Shown here piece by piece: positions 41,236-54,101 of a DNA stretch of 64,000 nt. The notes beneath the pieces were generated by a model, which worked only from the letters and a program-made list of their open reading frames with translations, ran no database searches and was not told the origin of the DNA. Each line of letters begins with the position of its first letter. Positions within the stretch are counted from its first letter, which is position 1. Position numbers and translations under genes: made by a program. The stretch spans positions 96,001 to 160,000 of the forward strand of contig CAZALK010000007.1 in NCBI GenBank assembly GCA_964486045.1, in the 5' to 3' direction. The DNA is from an uncultured archaeon. GTDB lineage: Archaea; Asgardarchaeota; Lokiarchaeia; Sigyniarchaeales; SOKP01.

Positions 41236-41502
41236 ATGGCTAAAAAGAAAGCTCCTGCAAAAAAGAAGTCTGAAGGATATATTGCCAAAAACGTCTAAAA
41301 TCTATTTTTTCGTTGGTATGCTCCAATCCGCAGGCTTATGAAAAAAGAGGGTGCAGATTTAGTAGCAGCTGAAGCCCTTGATAAGCTAATTGGCTTCTTA
41401 GAAGGCAGTGCAGCGACGGCAACAAAGGAAGCTATAAAAGTCTGTAAAGAGGATAAGCGCAAGAGAGTAACTGCCGCAGATATTCGCGCCGCAACCCGCT
41501 AA
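41236..41502 (+). CDS. Archaeal histone with Lys-rich N-terminal tail, split by a 30-nt candidate intron (exons 41236-41289 and 41320-41502; 78 aa)
   Basis: GGAGGA SD at 41224-41229. The spliced product MAKKKAPAKKKSEGYIAKAPIRRLMKKEGADLVAAEALDKLIGFLEGSAATATKEAIKVCKEDKRKRVTAADIRAATR fits the HMf fold (API-R--K--GA--V; RK-V---DI). Confidence 0.93.
41290..41319 (+). other. Candidate bulge-helix-loop (relaxed BHB) mRNA intron
   Basis: AACGTCTAAAATCTATTTTTTCGTTGGTAT with an in-frame TAA at 41296-41298. Helix GCCA/TGGT with a 3-nt bulge; predicted cut sites coincide with the homology-defined ends. Confidence 0.8.
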
Positions 41503-41532
41503 ATAACTTTAGATTTCAAATATTAATGATAA

Positions 41533-41548
41533 TTTTTTTTCTTTTTTT
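41533..41548 (+). terminator. Oligo-T archaeal terminator after the histone gene
   Basis: T8-C-T7 tract 30 nt after the stop codon. Confidence 0.55.
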
Positions 41549-41925
41549 AATTTTCTTTCTAAATTGTGCTTGATTTTCTTTTACTCACTAATAATGGAAT
41601 AGGTGCACTAGGTGGTGAATCTAAAGACAATTTTAAAAAAAAGAAGGCTAAAAGAACATTATAAAATTAGTGCATAGGGATACGTATATGCACTTAGTCT
41701 TTCCAATAAAGAGGATTTGTCTTTAAAAAATTATCAGAAATGTCTCTTTTATTGAAAATTAAGATAGTTTTTATCAAGTTAAATAAAATATTTGTATAAA
41801 ACTAAAAATTAATTTTAATCAACCTTAGGCATATAATTGACTAAATTATTCAAGACTAAAAGAGGGTATATTTAAATTACTAAATCACTTTCTATTGTAT
41901 TGAGAGTATAAAAACCAGATCAATT

Positions 41926-43204
41926 ATGAAAGAGTTTAAAATTAATAAGTATTTATCATTGAGATTAGAAGATGAAAAGACAAATATCTATATCAACCAA
42001 AAGAAAACCGACAATGTAAATATTTATTAATTGATAGAATCAAATACGACGAAATACCAGAATTGGTTGAAAACTTTGAATCTGTGGATGAAGCAACACA
42101 AAACTCAGATCATTCTTTAGATAATAAGAAAGACGTGATACCACCAGAAACAGAATTTTGGGCGCACTGCTCGAATCTTCAAGTATGGGCGGAAAATAAC
42201 TATGATACACGCTTACTTCATATGTCAATAGCGTTTTCATTATTAAAAGAATTAGCAGAAGCGGGGATACGATGGCCAAAAGAGTATTTAAGGAAGAAAT
42301 TGCTAAACGCCTAGGAAGTGGCTATCCTGCCGTCGTTGATTTTTTAATTCTTGAAGGATTCGACATATTTTTGACTCATGAAGAACGAATAACCTCAGTT
42401 CTAGCACCGGAAGAAGCAGATGTCATCTTGAAGTTAGAGGAATTGACGAAAAAACCCTTTTTTCAATATTCTAACCTTGATGAAAGCTATTCAGATGAAG
42501 GTCCCTTTGAACAAAGGTTTGTCGTTAAAAACAATCATGTTATAGGTATTTGGATTCATTGGGCAAAAGAAACTCCTAGAAAACTCCCCGAGTGGATAAC
42601 TAAATTAAAACTGCTTAAAAGGCTTTATTATACAGGAAATAAAATTAAACATATACCGAAGTTAATATTAAAACTGAAAAGACTCGAGGTCTTACAGATC
42701 GATAGTTTTATTCTAGAAGAAATACCAACGACAATTAATAAGCTAAGATTACTCAAATCTCTAAATATACGAAGCGGTAGCTTGAGAATGATACCAGAGA
42801 CCATTGGTGGACTTTCCCACCTTAAATCTCTTTCCTTAGGCAGTAATTTGATTGACTTACCTATCTCAATTGGGAACTTGGAGAAATTAGAAGAATTAGA
42901 TTTATCTCATAACAAACTTAACAATATTCCAAATTTTATATTCAACCTTAAAAATCTTAAGAACTTGAACATCAAAAACAATAATTTAATAGCTCTTTCA
43001 GAGTCCATAAGCAAACTAGAAAAATTGGAAGAGTTAGATTTTAGTAGAAATCCAATAAGGAGTATTTCAGAATCACTTGTTGATATGGTAAAATTAAAAT
43101 TTGTATCTATTGATAAAATTCCCTCAACTGGTTCTAATATATCTATAATAAAAAAAATGAAAAAAAGAAAGAAAATTAGTGTTTTTGGTTATGTTGGTAA
43201 TTGA
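41926..43204 (+). pseudogene. Loki-type LRR protein with two frameshifts (~42008, ~42266)
   Basis: Three frames join: MKEFKINKYLSLRLEDEKTNIYIN / RQCKYLLI...EFWAHCSNLQVWAENNYDTRLLH...EAG / DTMAKRVFKEEI, followed by LRRs. Confidence 0.88.
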
Positions 43205-43229
43205 TTGTCAATACTTCTTGTACCCTTAA

Positions 43230-43637
43230 GACCTATTCCTAAGATGCGTTAACGAAGCCAACCCCATAATTATTCAGCAACACCAATCCAAGATCAAAAA
43301 GTTAAAAACATTTATAATTAGTTATACAAGCAACATTTACACGCCCATAATTAAAACGTATCAATCTTTAAAAGAAAGTACCAATTCCAAATTAGAACAG
43401 TTTTATTTCAATGTTGTAGATGCAATCAATACAAAGCTTGAAAAGGTTGCTAAAAAATTTGAGATGGATATTAGCGAATTATATTTTGATGACGGTTTAG
43501 AACTTAAGATAACGGTTAAGAACAGTCCATTGAGTAAATTCCCTCTTAAAAGCCTTGATTTTGACGATCTGGAGACCACACACAAGAAAGTAATAATTCG
43601 GATCCTCAAAACAGATATTCGCGCTGCTACAAGATAA
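43230..43637 (+). pseudogene. Open frame without an early start, ending in a histone C-terminus (DIRAATR*)
   Basis: Stop-free from 43230 to 43637; the first ATG is late; the last 7 residues equal those of the histone. Confidence 0.5.
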
Positions 43638-43688
43638 ACTTTTCAGATTGAATACCAAAATTCTTTTTTTTTATTTTATATTTTTAGT

Positions 43689-44207
43689 TTAGAAATTTTC
43701 AAAGAATTCTTTATTTAAGTAGTTGTGTATATTCTTTTCAATTTTCTTCTTTACTGCATTTAATCCTTCAGGAAGAACACGAGTTTTTCCTACTATGTCA
43801 ATAAATCCAAGTTCAGATCCGTATCTGGGAATTATATGAAAATGCAAATGGTCAATACTTCCACCTGCATCTCTTCCCTGGTTAATTCCGATATTATATC
43901 CCTTAGGGTTATATAATTCGTCTAATAATAACTGAATTCCTTGAATAGCTCGATTAATGTGAAGTATTTCTTCTTTTGTCAAATCAAGGAACCTTGTTAA
44001 ATGTCGTTTAGTTACGATCATTAGATGCGCAGGATTATACGGATACAAATTCAAAATGATAAAACAAATATCATCTTCGTAAACTTTTAGAATTTCAACG
44101 CGTTCGTCATTATCCCTTACAGCACATAGTATACAATCTACTCTTGGTCTAGATTTGCCTTGAACATAATCTAATTTTCCTAAAGCTTGTAACCAATCTC
44201 TAAAAAT
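43689..44207 (-). CDS. HIT-family hydrolase (Ap4A phosphorylase/Fhit-like); probable ATT start at 44207
   Basis: HLHFHIIPR, NLYPYNPAH, GYNIGINQG. The upstream in-frame segment supplies the conserved C-I-L-C. Confidence 0.92.
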   Translation of the reverse strand: MFRDWLQALGKLDYVQGKSRPRVDCILCAVRDNDERVEILKVYEDDICFIILNLYPYNPAHLMIVTKRHLTRFLDLTKEEILHINRAIQGIQLLLDELYNPKGYNIGINQGRDAGGSIDHLHFHIIPRYGSELGFIDIVGKTRVLPEGLNAVKKKIEKNIHNYLNKEFFENF

Positions 44208-44236
44208 TGGATTTCACCATTATTCCTGTTTTTAAA

Positions 44237-44785
44237 TTATGAATATAAGGAAAAATCAGAACCTCCCGTAAAATCTTTACTTTTGAGAAAGTCTTCTGGC
44301 TTTATTTTACCTGAGCAATATTCCCCTAATAATATGTGGCTATATGCAGCACCATCAAATACCCGTCTTATTGACTTGAAAAAAGAATTTTTAGAAACAG
44401 TCCCATTATCCTTAAAAAATATCTGATCGTTAATCTCATACCTATAATTATTGAGATCGATTCGATAAAATAAATCCTTAACAAGGAAAAATTTTCTTAA
44501 ATCCCAGAAAAATTGCATTTTTCTGTTTTCCTTTAGTGAGTTTAATGCGTCTATATGTGGTTTTGAAATTTGAGTCCCGAGTGATATAATGATTAAATCT
44601 TTATTTTTTGGTCTTAGAACCGCCATTCTTCTTCCAACTGGGCGTCCTGTAGGATCATTTCCTGGTGGAAAAATAAATTGGAAACCAAAGTCAATTTTAG
44701 GATCAGATATTTTTTCTCTTAATAATCCCTCATCTAATAGGTAATCATGAATTAATTGATTTATTTTACTTTCTTTATCAGACAT
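44237..44785 (-). CDS. DUF2299-like protein
   Basis: I--YL-DEG, F-F---FP, I--QIF-D pattern. Confidence 0.7.
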   Translation of the reverse strand: MSDKESKINQLIHDYLLDEGLLREKISDPKIDFGFQFIFPPGNDPTGRPVGRRMAVLRPKNKDLIIISLGTQISKPHIDALNSLKENRKMQFFWDLRKFFLVKDLFYRIDLNNYRYEINDQIFFKDNGTVSKNSFFKSIRRVFDGAAYSHILLGEYCSGKIKPEDFLKSKDFTGGSDFSLYS

Positions 44786-44991
44786 TATTATTCGGTAAGG
44801 TAAAGAATGAATTATTTAATATATTTTTTTATAAGAAGTTGTTCAAGCTAAAGAGGATAATAATCCTAAAAATTAGAATTTTCTTAAAGATTAACATATG
44901 TTGCAAATATTGAATGAGAGTGAATACCGTGGATCTGTATAATTTAAGGAAAATTAAAATGAATAAAAAGTAGTGATAATTAATATTTTGT

Positions 44992-45252
44992 TTAAGTGTC
45001 TTTTTTCTCATAAATAGAAATTTCGTCAACAGAATGAATTGCACAATTCAAGGATGTCAATTTTTCAGTGATAACTTCAAGTGACAGGTCATTTCCGGTA
45101 ATATGTATATGCAGGGAAGCTGTTTTTTGATCTAACTCATCTAATTTAACTCTAACGTCTTTCACTCCATTAACTTCAACTAAAGCACGAGCTACATAGT
45201 CTATACTGGGAGAGTGGGGTTTAAGGACATCCAAATCGTATTCAAATCTCAT
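44992..45252 (-). CDS. DUF211-family protein
   Basis: LDVLKPH-P and AIHSVDE motifs. Confidence 0.88.
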   Translation of the reverse strand: MRFEYDLDVLKPHSPSIDYVARALVEVNGVKDVRVKLDELDQKTASLHIHITGNDLSLEVITEKLTSLNCAIHSVDEISIYEKKDT

Positions 45253-45339
45253 ATTTTTCTTTTAACCTTTACAAGTTATTGAATTATAATAGTTTAAATG
45301 GATATTTTTATTTTATATTTTCATTATCTCTTTATTTCT

Positions 45340-46029
45340 TTATAAAAGTTTCTTAATTTCTGTTATTAATTTTTGAGGAATTTCACTTTCCCTTACAATC
45401 ACATCTGCTTTTTGAAGGGTTTCTACTATGGCTAGTTTAGTATGAACAGCGATAGAACGAGCGCCAACATTAATAGCACCCTCAATATCTCTGTAATTAT
45501 CTCCAATAACTAAGATTTCATTCGTGGTAACACCGAACTTATCACAAATAACTAGAAGATGATCTGGATGCGGTTTAGGATTACTAACGTTATCTCTACC
45601 TATTATTACATCAAAAAAATTCAGTAATTTGACTTTTTCAAGAGATAATTTAGCATGTTCATATTTATTGAATGTAAAAATTGCTTGTTGAAGATTATTG
45701 GTTTTAGCAAAAATAAGGACTTCTTCGATTCCTTTTATCTTAGTTGCATTAAGAGCAGCTATGTACTCAATTTTACTTACTTCTCTCTCGACTTCTTGTA
45801 AAATTTTAATTACGTGGTTTGGATCATTCCCTTTTTGCTGAAATATTTCTTTAGATGTGTTTATATTATCCAATATGCTTTTTTGAATCGAAAGTTTTGT
45901 TTTATCTATGCCATACGACACAAAAATACTAATTGCCGCTTTACGGGCTTTAGTTGATTTAATTTTGAAGTGTATTAGAGTCCCATCTAAATCCCAAGCA
46001 ATTGCTTTGATAGGTTTTTTACTGTTCAT
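45340..46029 (-). CDS. HAD-family phosphatase
   Basis: DLDGTL, KPHP, IGD---DI. Confidence 0.93.
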   Translation of the reverse strand: MNSKKPIKAIAWDLDGTLIHFKIKSTKARKAAISIFVSYGIDKTKLSIQKSILDNINTSKEIFQQKGNDPNHVIKILQEVEREVSKIEYIAALNATKIKGIEEVLIFAKTNNLQQAIFTFNKYEHAKLSLEKVKLLNFFDVIIGRDNVSNPKPHPDHLLVICDKFGVTTNEILVIGDNYRDIEGAINVGARSIAVHTKLAIVETLQKADVIVRESEIPQKLITEIKKLL

Positions 46030-46048
46030 TTAACTGAGGAATATATCT

Positions 46049-46633
46049 TTAATATTCTAAATCAGAATACTGAGGCCCTTGAGGGGTTAGCACGGATTTT
46101 TTAAGCTTAATTTGTTTTACGTTAAATGTTCCAAATTCCAAGCTTTTATTCTCATTCATGAGTTTCTTAAAAGAATCAAATGTCTTGTAGTTTATTTTTC
46201 CTTTTTTTAATCGTCCAATGGTCAGGTGTGGTTTAAATTTAGTTCTTTTATCCCGATCTATTTTTAATCTGATATTCAATAAATCTTCGACTGAGTTCTT
46301 GATGGTCTGTATAAGGGAGATATCTCCTACAAGCTTTATCCATAAAACTGAAAATCTGTTGAACTGACCTACGCCTTTGAGATAATATTTGAATTCTTTT
46401 CCTTGAATGATTTTTTCATTTATTTCTGACTTTAATAATTCATATATTTTTGGAGCCAATAACTCAGAAATGTTTCCTAAGAATTTAACTGTCATATGTA
46501 GGTTCTCTGGTCTCACTAATTTCAGATTTGGCTGATTTTTTTTCAGATGCGAAGTGAACGAGACGATATTCTCAATCGTAGATTTTTCCGATAATTCAAG
46601 AGCGATGAAGGATCTAATCATTTTTTCCCCCAA
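46049..46633 (-). CDS. thpR: RNA 2',3'-cyclic phosphodiesterase (2'-5' RNA ligase family)
   Basis: Two 2H motifs (HMTVKFLG, PHLTIGR); R-FIA; S-LTP-GP-Y. Confidence 0.95.
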   Translation of the reverse strand: MGEKMIRSFIALELSEKSTIENIVSFTSHLKKNQPNLKLVRPENLHMTVKFLGNISELLAPKIYELLKSEINEKIIQGKEFKYYLKGVGQFNRFSVLWIKLVGDISLIQTIKNSVEDLLNIRLKIDRDKRTKFKPHLTIGRLKKGKINYKTFDSFKKLMNENKSLEFGTFNVKQIKLKKSVLTPQGPQYSDLEY

Positions 46634-47793
46634 TAGTTAACAATTCTCCAATCTTTATCTTTTAGCTGTTTTCTATGTTCAGGAATAATGTGGACTTCAT
46701 TCAAATCCTCTAATGATGAAGATTTTATTATTTTAATTATGTCTTGCAAAAATAGTATATTCATTTTACCTCTAGTATCCGCATCAGCCGAAGCATTATG
46801 GGGAATAAGAATTATTCGAATTTCAGGTCGTTTTTGTTTGATCTTCTTAAATCTCTCAATGGTTTTATTATCAAGTGGTTCTATTGGAAAGACATCAAAA
46901 GCTAAATTTATTCGAATTTCGTTTGTTTCAAGCAAATCAAGAAGAGATTCCAAATCCAACACTGATCCTCTTGCTGTATTTACTAACAAGGCATTTTTTT
47001 TCATAAGTTTTAATAAGTCCCGATTGACCATTTTTTCAGTGTGTTTATTTAAAGGAACATGAATAGTAACAATATCTGATTCTCTGAAGACATCTTCTAA
47101 ATGTTCTTTAAACTCGAGGGAAGGGAAACCTTGTTCGAAATCATTCATTTGTTTGATATCAAAATAAAGAATTTTAATCCCCCAAGGGTATAATCTCCTA
47201 ATTAGTTCCTTTCCAATTTCGCCCAATCCAACAATTCCGACTACTTTACTGGTGATTAAGGAAGAAAGAGATTGATCTAAGTCCCATTTATCATCAGGGG
47301 TCCATTGGTCATCCCATATATAATTATGAAGATCTACTAAATTCCTTAAGTTTGCCATGATTATGGCTATAGTATAATCTGCAACTGTTTCATGAAGAAC
47401 TCCAGGAGTATGAGTTATAATAATATCATCTTTTTCCGTTCTCTGAATATGGTTATATCCGGCTGTTGATGTGGAAACTGCAAAAATATTTGATTTTTCC
47501 AGAGTTTCTGAGATTAAAGAATGACTTAAGTGACATCCTATGATATCTGGTTTAAAATTCTCTACGCTTTTGTTAATTTGATCGTCTGAGGGAAACCTCC
47601 CACTGAATACCTTTACTTCTGATTTTTGATTTAGTTCTTGCCACAAATTTCTAATTTCTTTTCGAATGCTTTCAGAAATTAATTCATTCGATCCAATTTC
47701 CTCATCTGAGAAAACATTTGAGGTGAGAAATACCTTAGGTTTATAGGTCATATTCATAACCAGTATTTTTGTTCTTTTGAATTTTGTGATCAT
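46618..47793 (-). CDS. D-2-hydroxyacid dehydrogenase (glyoxylate reductase-like)
   Basis: TPGVL-ETVAD, G-GEIG, VNTARG, DVF--EP, PHNASA. Confidence 0.9.
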   Translation of the reverse strand: MITKFKRTKILVMNMTYKPKVFLTSNVFSDEEIGSNELISESIRKEIRNLWQELNQKSEVKVFSGRFPSDDQINKSVENFKPDIIGCHLSHSLISETLEKSNIFAVSTSTAGYNHIQRTEKDDIIITHTPGVLHETVADYTIAIIMANLRNLVDLHNYIWDDQWTPDDKWDLDQSLSSLITSKVVGIVGLGEIGKELIRRLYPWGIKILYFDIKQMNDFEQGFPSLEFKEHLEDVFRESDIVTIHVPLNKHTEKMVNRDLLKLMKKNALLVNTARGSVLDLESLLDLLETNEIRINLAFDVFPIEPLDNKTIERFKKIKQKRPEIRIILIPHNASADADTRGKMNILFLQDIIKIIKSSSLEDLNEVHIIPEHRKQLKDKDWRIVNYWGKK

Positions 47794-47883
47794 TAATTTC
47801 GAAATTCAATTTTATCTAATTATCAAAATTTATTAAATCAAACTCTATCTTATAATTAAAACTAACTGGACAGGTGGTAGAAG

Positions 47884-48027
47884 ATAGCAAAAGTAAAATG
47901 TCAAGAATGTAAGAAGGAAATTGTAGGAGGGGCTAAAATACAGGAGTTTGATATGAATGAGCCCACAAGTATGCATGTCTTCTGTTCTGAGACGTGTAAA
48001 GAGAAGTGGCTCGCCACAATAAGTTAA
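47884..48027 (+). CDS. Small TRASH/YHS-like zinc finger protein (47 aa); probable ATA start
   Basis: Not in the ORF track. (M)AKVKCQECKKEIVGGAKIQEFDMNEPTSMHVFCSETCKEKWLATIS has CxxC...FCSxxC; GGTGG SD 6 nt upstream. Confidence 0.8.
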   Translation: MAKVKCQECKKEIVGGAKIQEFDMNEPTSMHVFCSETCKEKWLATIS

Positions 48028-48138
48028 GAACAAAAAAACTGTTAATACCATTTTTATATTTCAGAATTTCCATTTAACACAATTCCCTCAAGAAAATAAG
48101 TAGAATTTATCAGCCTAAGAAAAATTTAATCTTTTTCA

Positions 48139-49101
48139 TTATCTTTTAATTTTTTCAGGAAGGTAGAAATCATAAGTTTTCTTAAATAGGTTGGTTTTGA
48201 TGTATCTATCAATTCTCCTAGCATTTTGAAAAATCATCCAAATCATTTTATCACTTTTATAATACTTTTGCACTTCGACAAAATTAATAGGTTCCAGTTC
48301 AAATTTACTCGCTTCTTCATTTAAGAATTGATTTACTCTTTTTATTAATCGAGGGATGATTTCAGGCATTTGTTCTTTAATAAAATTGGCAAGTAAGTCA
48401 ATAATTACTAACCTCAAATTATAATAACGATCTAACACATCTTGAATGAAAAATGCCTTAATTAGGAATTTTAAGAATGAAGGTGTACTATTTAAGAACA
48501 ATTCTGCTTCCATTGATTCCACTCCATTTTTTCGAAGCATGGGAGTACTTGTATCAAGATATAATAGTTTAGAATTTTCATTTACAGTAGGATTCTTTGA
48601 ATCATAATCCATTACAACAAAATTAGAAATTTGGCCATCTAACCCTATTTCTAGAGCTGAATTTTCCTTATTTAATTTCCATACTTTCTTTAGTTCTCGT
48701 AAAACAAGCAAAACCAGGATTTCTACCTCATCCTCATTCACCTGGTGAATAATTTTGTTACCAACGGATTCGGGATCAATTTTAGCTTGGATGCTGTAAA
48801 ACTGAATTTTTTCCTTATCATCGAAGAACCAAATAACCTTATGTTCAGGAAGAATCATGCCTACATCTTCCTCTAAAATTCTACAATACTTATTATAAGC
48901 CCAAATATGCCTTTGAACTTGTTTTTCATTTTCGAATATTGGAATTCTTTTATAGGCTAATTTTTCTGGATCACCAATGATTTCAAAAACTAGACTTATT
49001 TCTCCGAATCCAAGTATTTTTATAGGGATTTTTCCCTTCTCAGGATGAATTGTATCAATTGTCTTTTCAAACTCTTTTAACAAATCAATATCGATTTTCA
49101 T
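48139..49101 (-). CDS. DUF6206-like kinase-fold protein
   Basis: LGFGEIS-V, KR-P-F, GLDGQISN, LDTSTP. Confidence 0.75.
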   Translation of the reverse strand: MKIDIDLLKEFEKTIDTIHPEKGKIPIKILGFGEISLVFEIIGDPEKLAYKRIPIFENEKQVQRHIWAYNKYCRILEEDVGMILPEHKVIWFFDDKEKIQFYSIQAKIDPESVGNKIIHQVNEDEVEILVLLVLRELKKVWKLNKENSALEIGLDGQISNFVVMDYDSKNPTVNENSKLLYLDTSTPMLRKNGVESMEAELFLNSTPSFLKFLIKAFFIQDVLDRYYNLRLVIIDLLANFIKEQMPEIIPRLIKRVNQFLNEEASKFELEPINFVEVQKYYKSDKMIWMIFQNARRIDRYIKTNLFKKTYDFYLPEKIKR

Positions 49102-49326
49102 AAATAATCAAATAAATTATGCTATCTCTCTCAAATTTAGTTTAACATTATATTTTTATGCTAATAAATGTTAATCAATCGCTTACAAATTTATAAATAG
49201 GTTTATTTAAAACAGTACATTGAACAAGTAGGATATTCGAAAATGATGAGAAATGTGGTATGAGTAAACAGAATTTTTCTATGATCATGGAGCAGAGATC
49301 TGAGTTTGAATATCTTTTTCTTCATT

Positions 49327-50805
49327 TTATTGATTTTTTAATGAATAACTCTCTTTACGATCAAGAATTTTTTTAACCATATCTTCTCTTTCTGATTCTT
49401 GGAGTCTTTGAATATATCTTTCCAATTGATCCCTCGTATGGTATGGCCCACCTTCAGTTAACACGATTTCCATTGGATCCTTACTAATTGGAAATTTCTC
49501 TTCCATTTCTTTATACCATTTATCAAGAAGTTTTAATCCCTTACGGATTACTTCTGGTTTTTCCTCTGCCACATTTTGCAACATATGAAAATCTTTTTCA
49601 TAATCATAGAGCATTAGTTCTGGGAAATTCTTTAATCCAGTATGATAAGTCTTAATTAATGTCCAATTTTCAAATCTAACAGTGCGTTGACAACTCCATG
49701 CATTCTGACTAATAACCAGGAATTCCCTTCCAAATTCTTCATTATTTTCAATATTCTTAAAGAAGCTTTTGCCATCCCAAAATTCAGGGATGTTCAACCC
49801 TAAACCTTCTAAAACTGTCGCTGCTACATCATTTTGATAGATTAATGAATTTTGTTCCGTTTTCCAATTTTTCTCAGGCCATTTTATTATCATTGGAACA
49901 CGATTAGTTACATGACAGGCAGTAGCGTGATCACCGTAAACATTTAGTTCCCCTTGATTTTCTCCATGATCAGAGCTTATAATTATCAATGTATCCTCGT
50001 AGATACCTTGATCCTTCAGAATTTCTATTATTTTACCAACGTATTCATCCGAATAGTTTATACCAACATCATATCCATCAATCCATTGTTTAAAATCATT
50101 AATATCTCTAATTTCTTTGAGATTTTTCAATCTAGGAAACCACTGAGAAAGATCCTGTCCTACAAATCCAGATAAATCACAAGCAGAATGCGGTCCATAA
50201 CTTTTCCTGTGTTCATCTATGATTTCTTGTGTTAACCAGGAAGGTGCAGGTTCATTCTCAAAGGTATTTAAAAATTCTAAAGGAGTACGGTAAGGGGTGT
50301 GAGGATCCCAGAAATTCACGTGCAAAAACCAGTTATTTCTTTTTTCATTATCTTTTAACCATTTCTCTGCATAAGTAAAAATTTGTTCCGCTCTCTCCAT
50401 CCCTCTTTTTCCAGGGTTATACATTTCTTTCCATCCAGAATTGAACCAAAAAGCAGAATGCCGTTCTGCGAATGGTGATATAGAGACAGGATATATCCTC
50501 GCTCTTCTGAGCATGCTGATCCAGTTAAAACTTAGAAATTGATCTTGAAATCCTCGTGTTTTACCAGTTAACTGTAAATCTGCAGCAGTACCACCATGCC
50601 CAACAACACCAGAGTGTATACCAAATCGACCTGTAAAAAGAGAAGCTCTAGATGGTAAGCATGGGGCATCAGATACATAACATTCTGTAAAAATTGTCCC
50701 ACTTTTTGCTATTTTATCGATATTAGGGGAGGTATTAAGATGATATCCATAACACCCAAGATGATCAGGTCTTAAGGTATCGATATCCAGATAAATAATT
50801 CTCAT
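49327..50805 (-). CDS. Sulfatase
   Basis: DTLRPDH, CLPSRASL-TG (CxPxR), DPH-PY, SDHGE. Confidence 0.95.
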   Translation of the reverse strand: MRIIYLDIDTLRPDHLGCYGYHLNTSPNIDKIAKSGTIFTECYVSDAPCLPSRASLFTGRFGIHSGVVGHGGTAADLQLTGKTRGFQDQFLSFNWISMLRRARIYPVSISPFAERHSAFWFNSGWKEMYNPGKRGMERAEQIFTYAEKWLKDNEKRNNWFLHVNFWDPHTPYRTPLEFLNTFENEPAPSWLTQEIIDEHRKSYGPHSACDLSGFVGQDLSQWFPRLKNLKEIRDINDFKQWIDGYDVGINYSDEYVGKIIEILKDQGIYEDTLIIISSDHGENQGELNVYGDHATACHVTNRVPMIIKWPEKNWKTEQNSLIYQNDVAATVLEGLGLNIPEFWDGKSFFKNIENNEEFGREFLVISQNAWSCQRTVRFENWTLIKTYHTGLKNFPELMLYDYEKDFHMLQNVAEEKPEVIRKGLKLLDKWYKEMEEKFPISKDPMEIVLTEGGPYHTRDQLERYIQRLQESEREDMVKKILDRKESYSLKNQ

Positions 50806-50881
50806 ATTCTTAAGTTAAAACAAATTGTTTTTTAAGTTTTTTAGATTTTTAAATCCAGATCTAGATAATAGTAATTTATGA

Positions 50882-54022
<3,141 letters not shown>

Positions 54023-54101
54023 CCTCTATGTGAGAAGTTATCATTTTAACTTTTATTTATATAATAAAAATAGAAATAATTTCAAATAAACTGGTGTTAG
54101 A

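Noticed and set aside
41296-41298. Stop readthrough as the explanation of the split histone
   Set aside because: Readthrough would put 10 extra residues into the start of helix 1; exact excision restores the fold and matches the EndA cut geometry.
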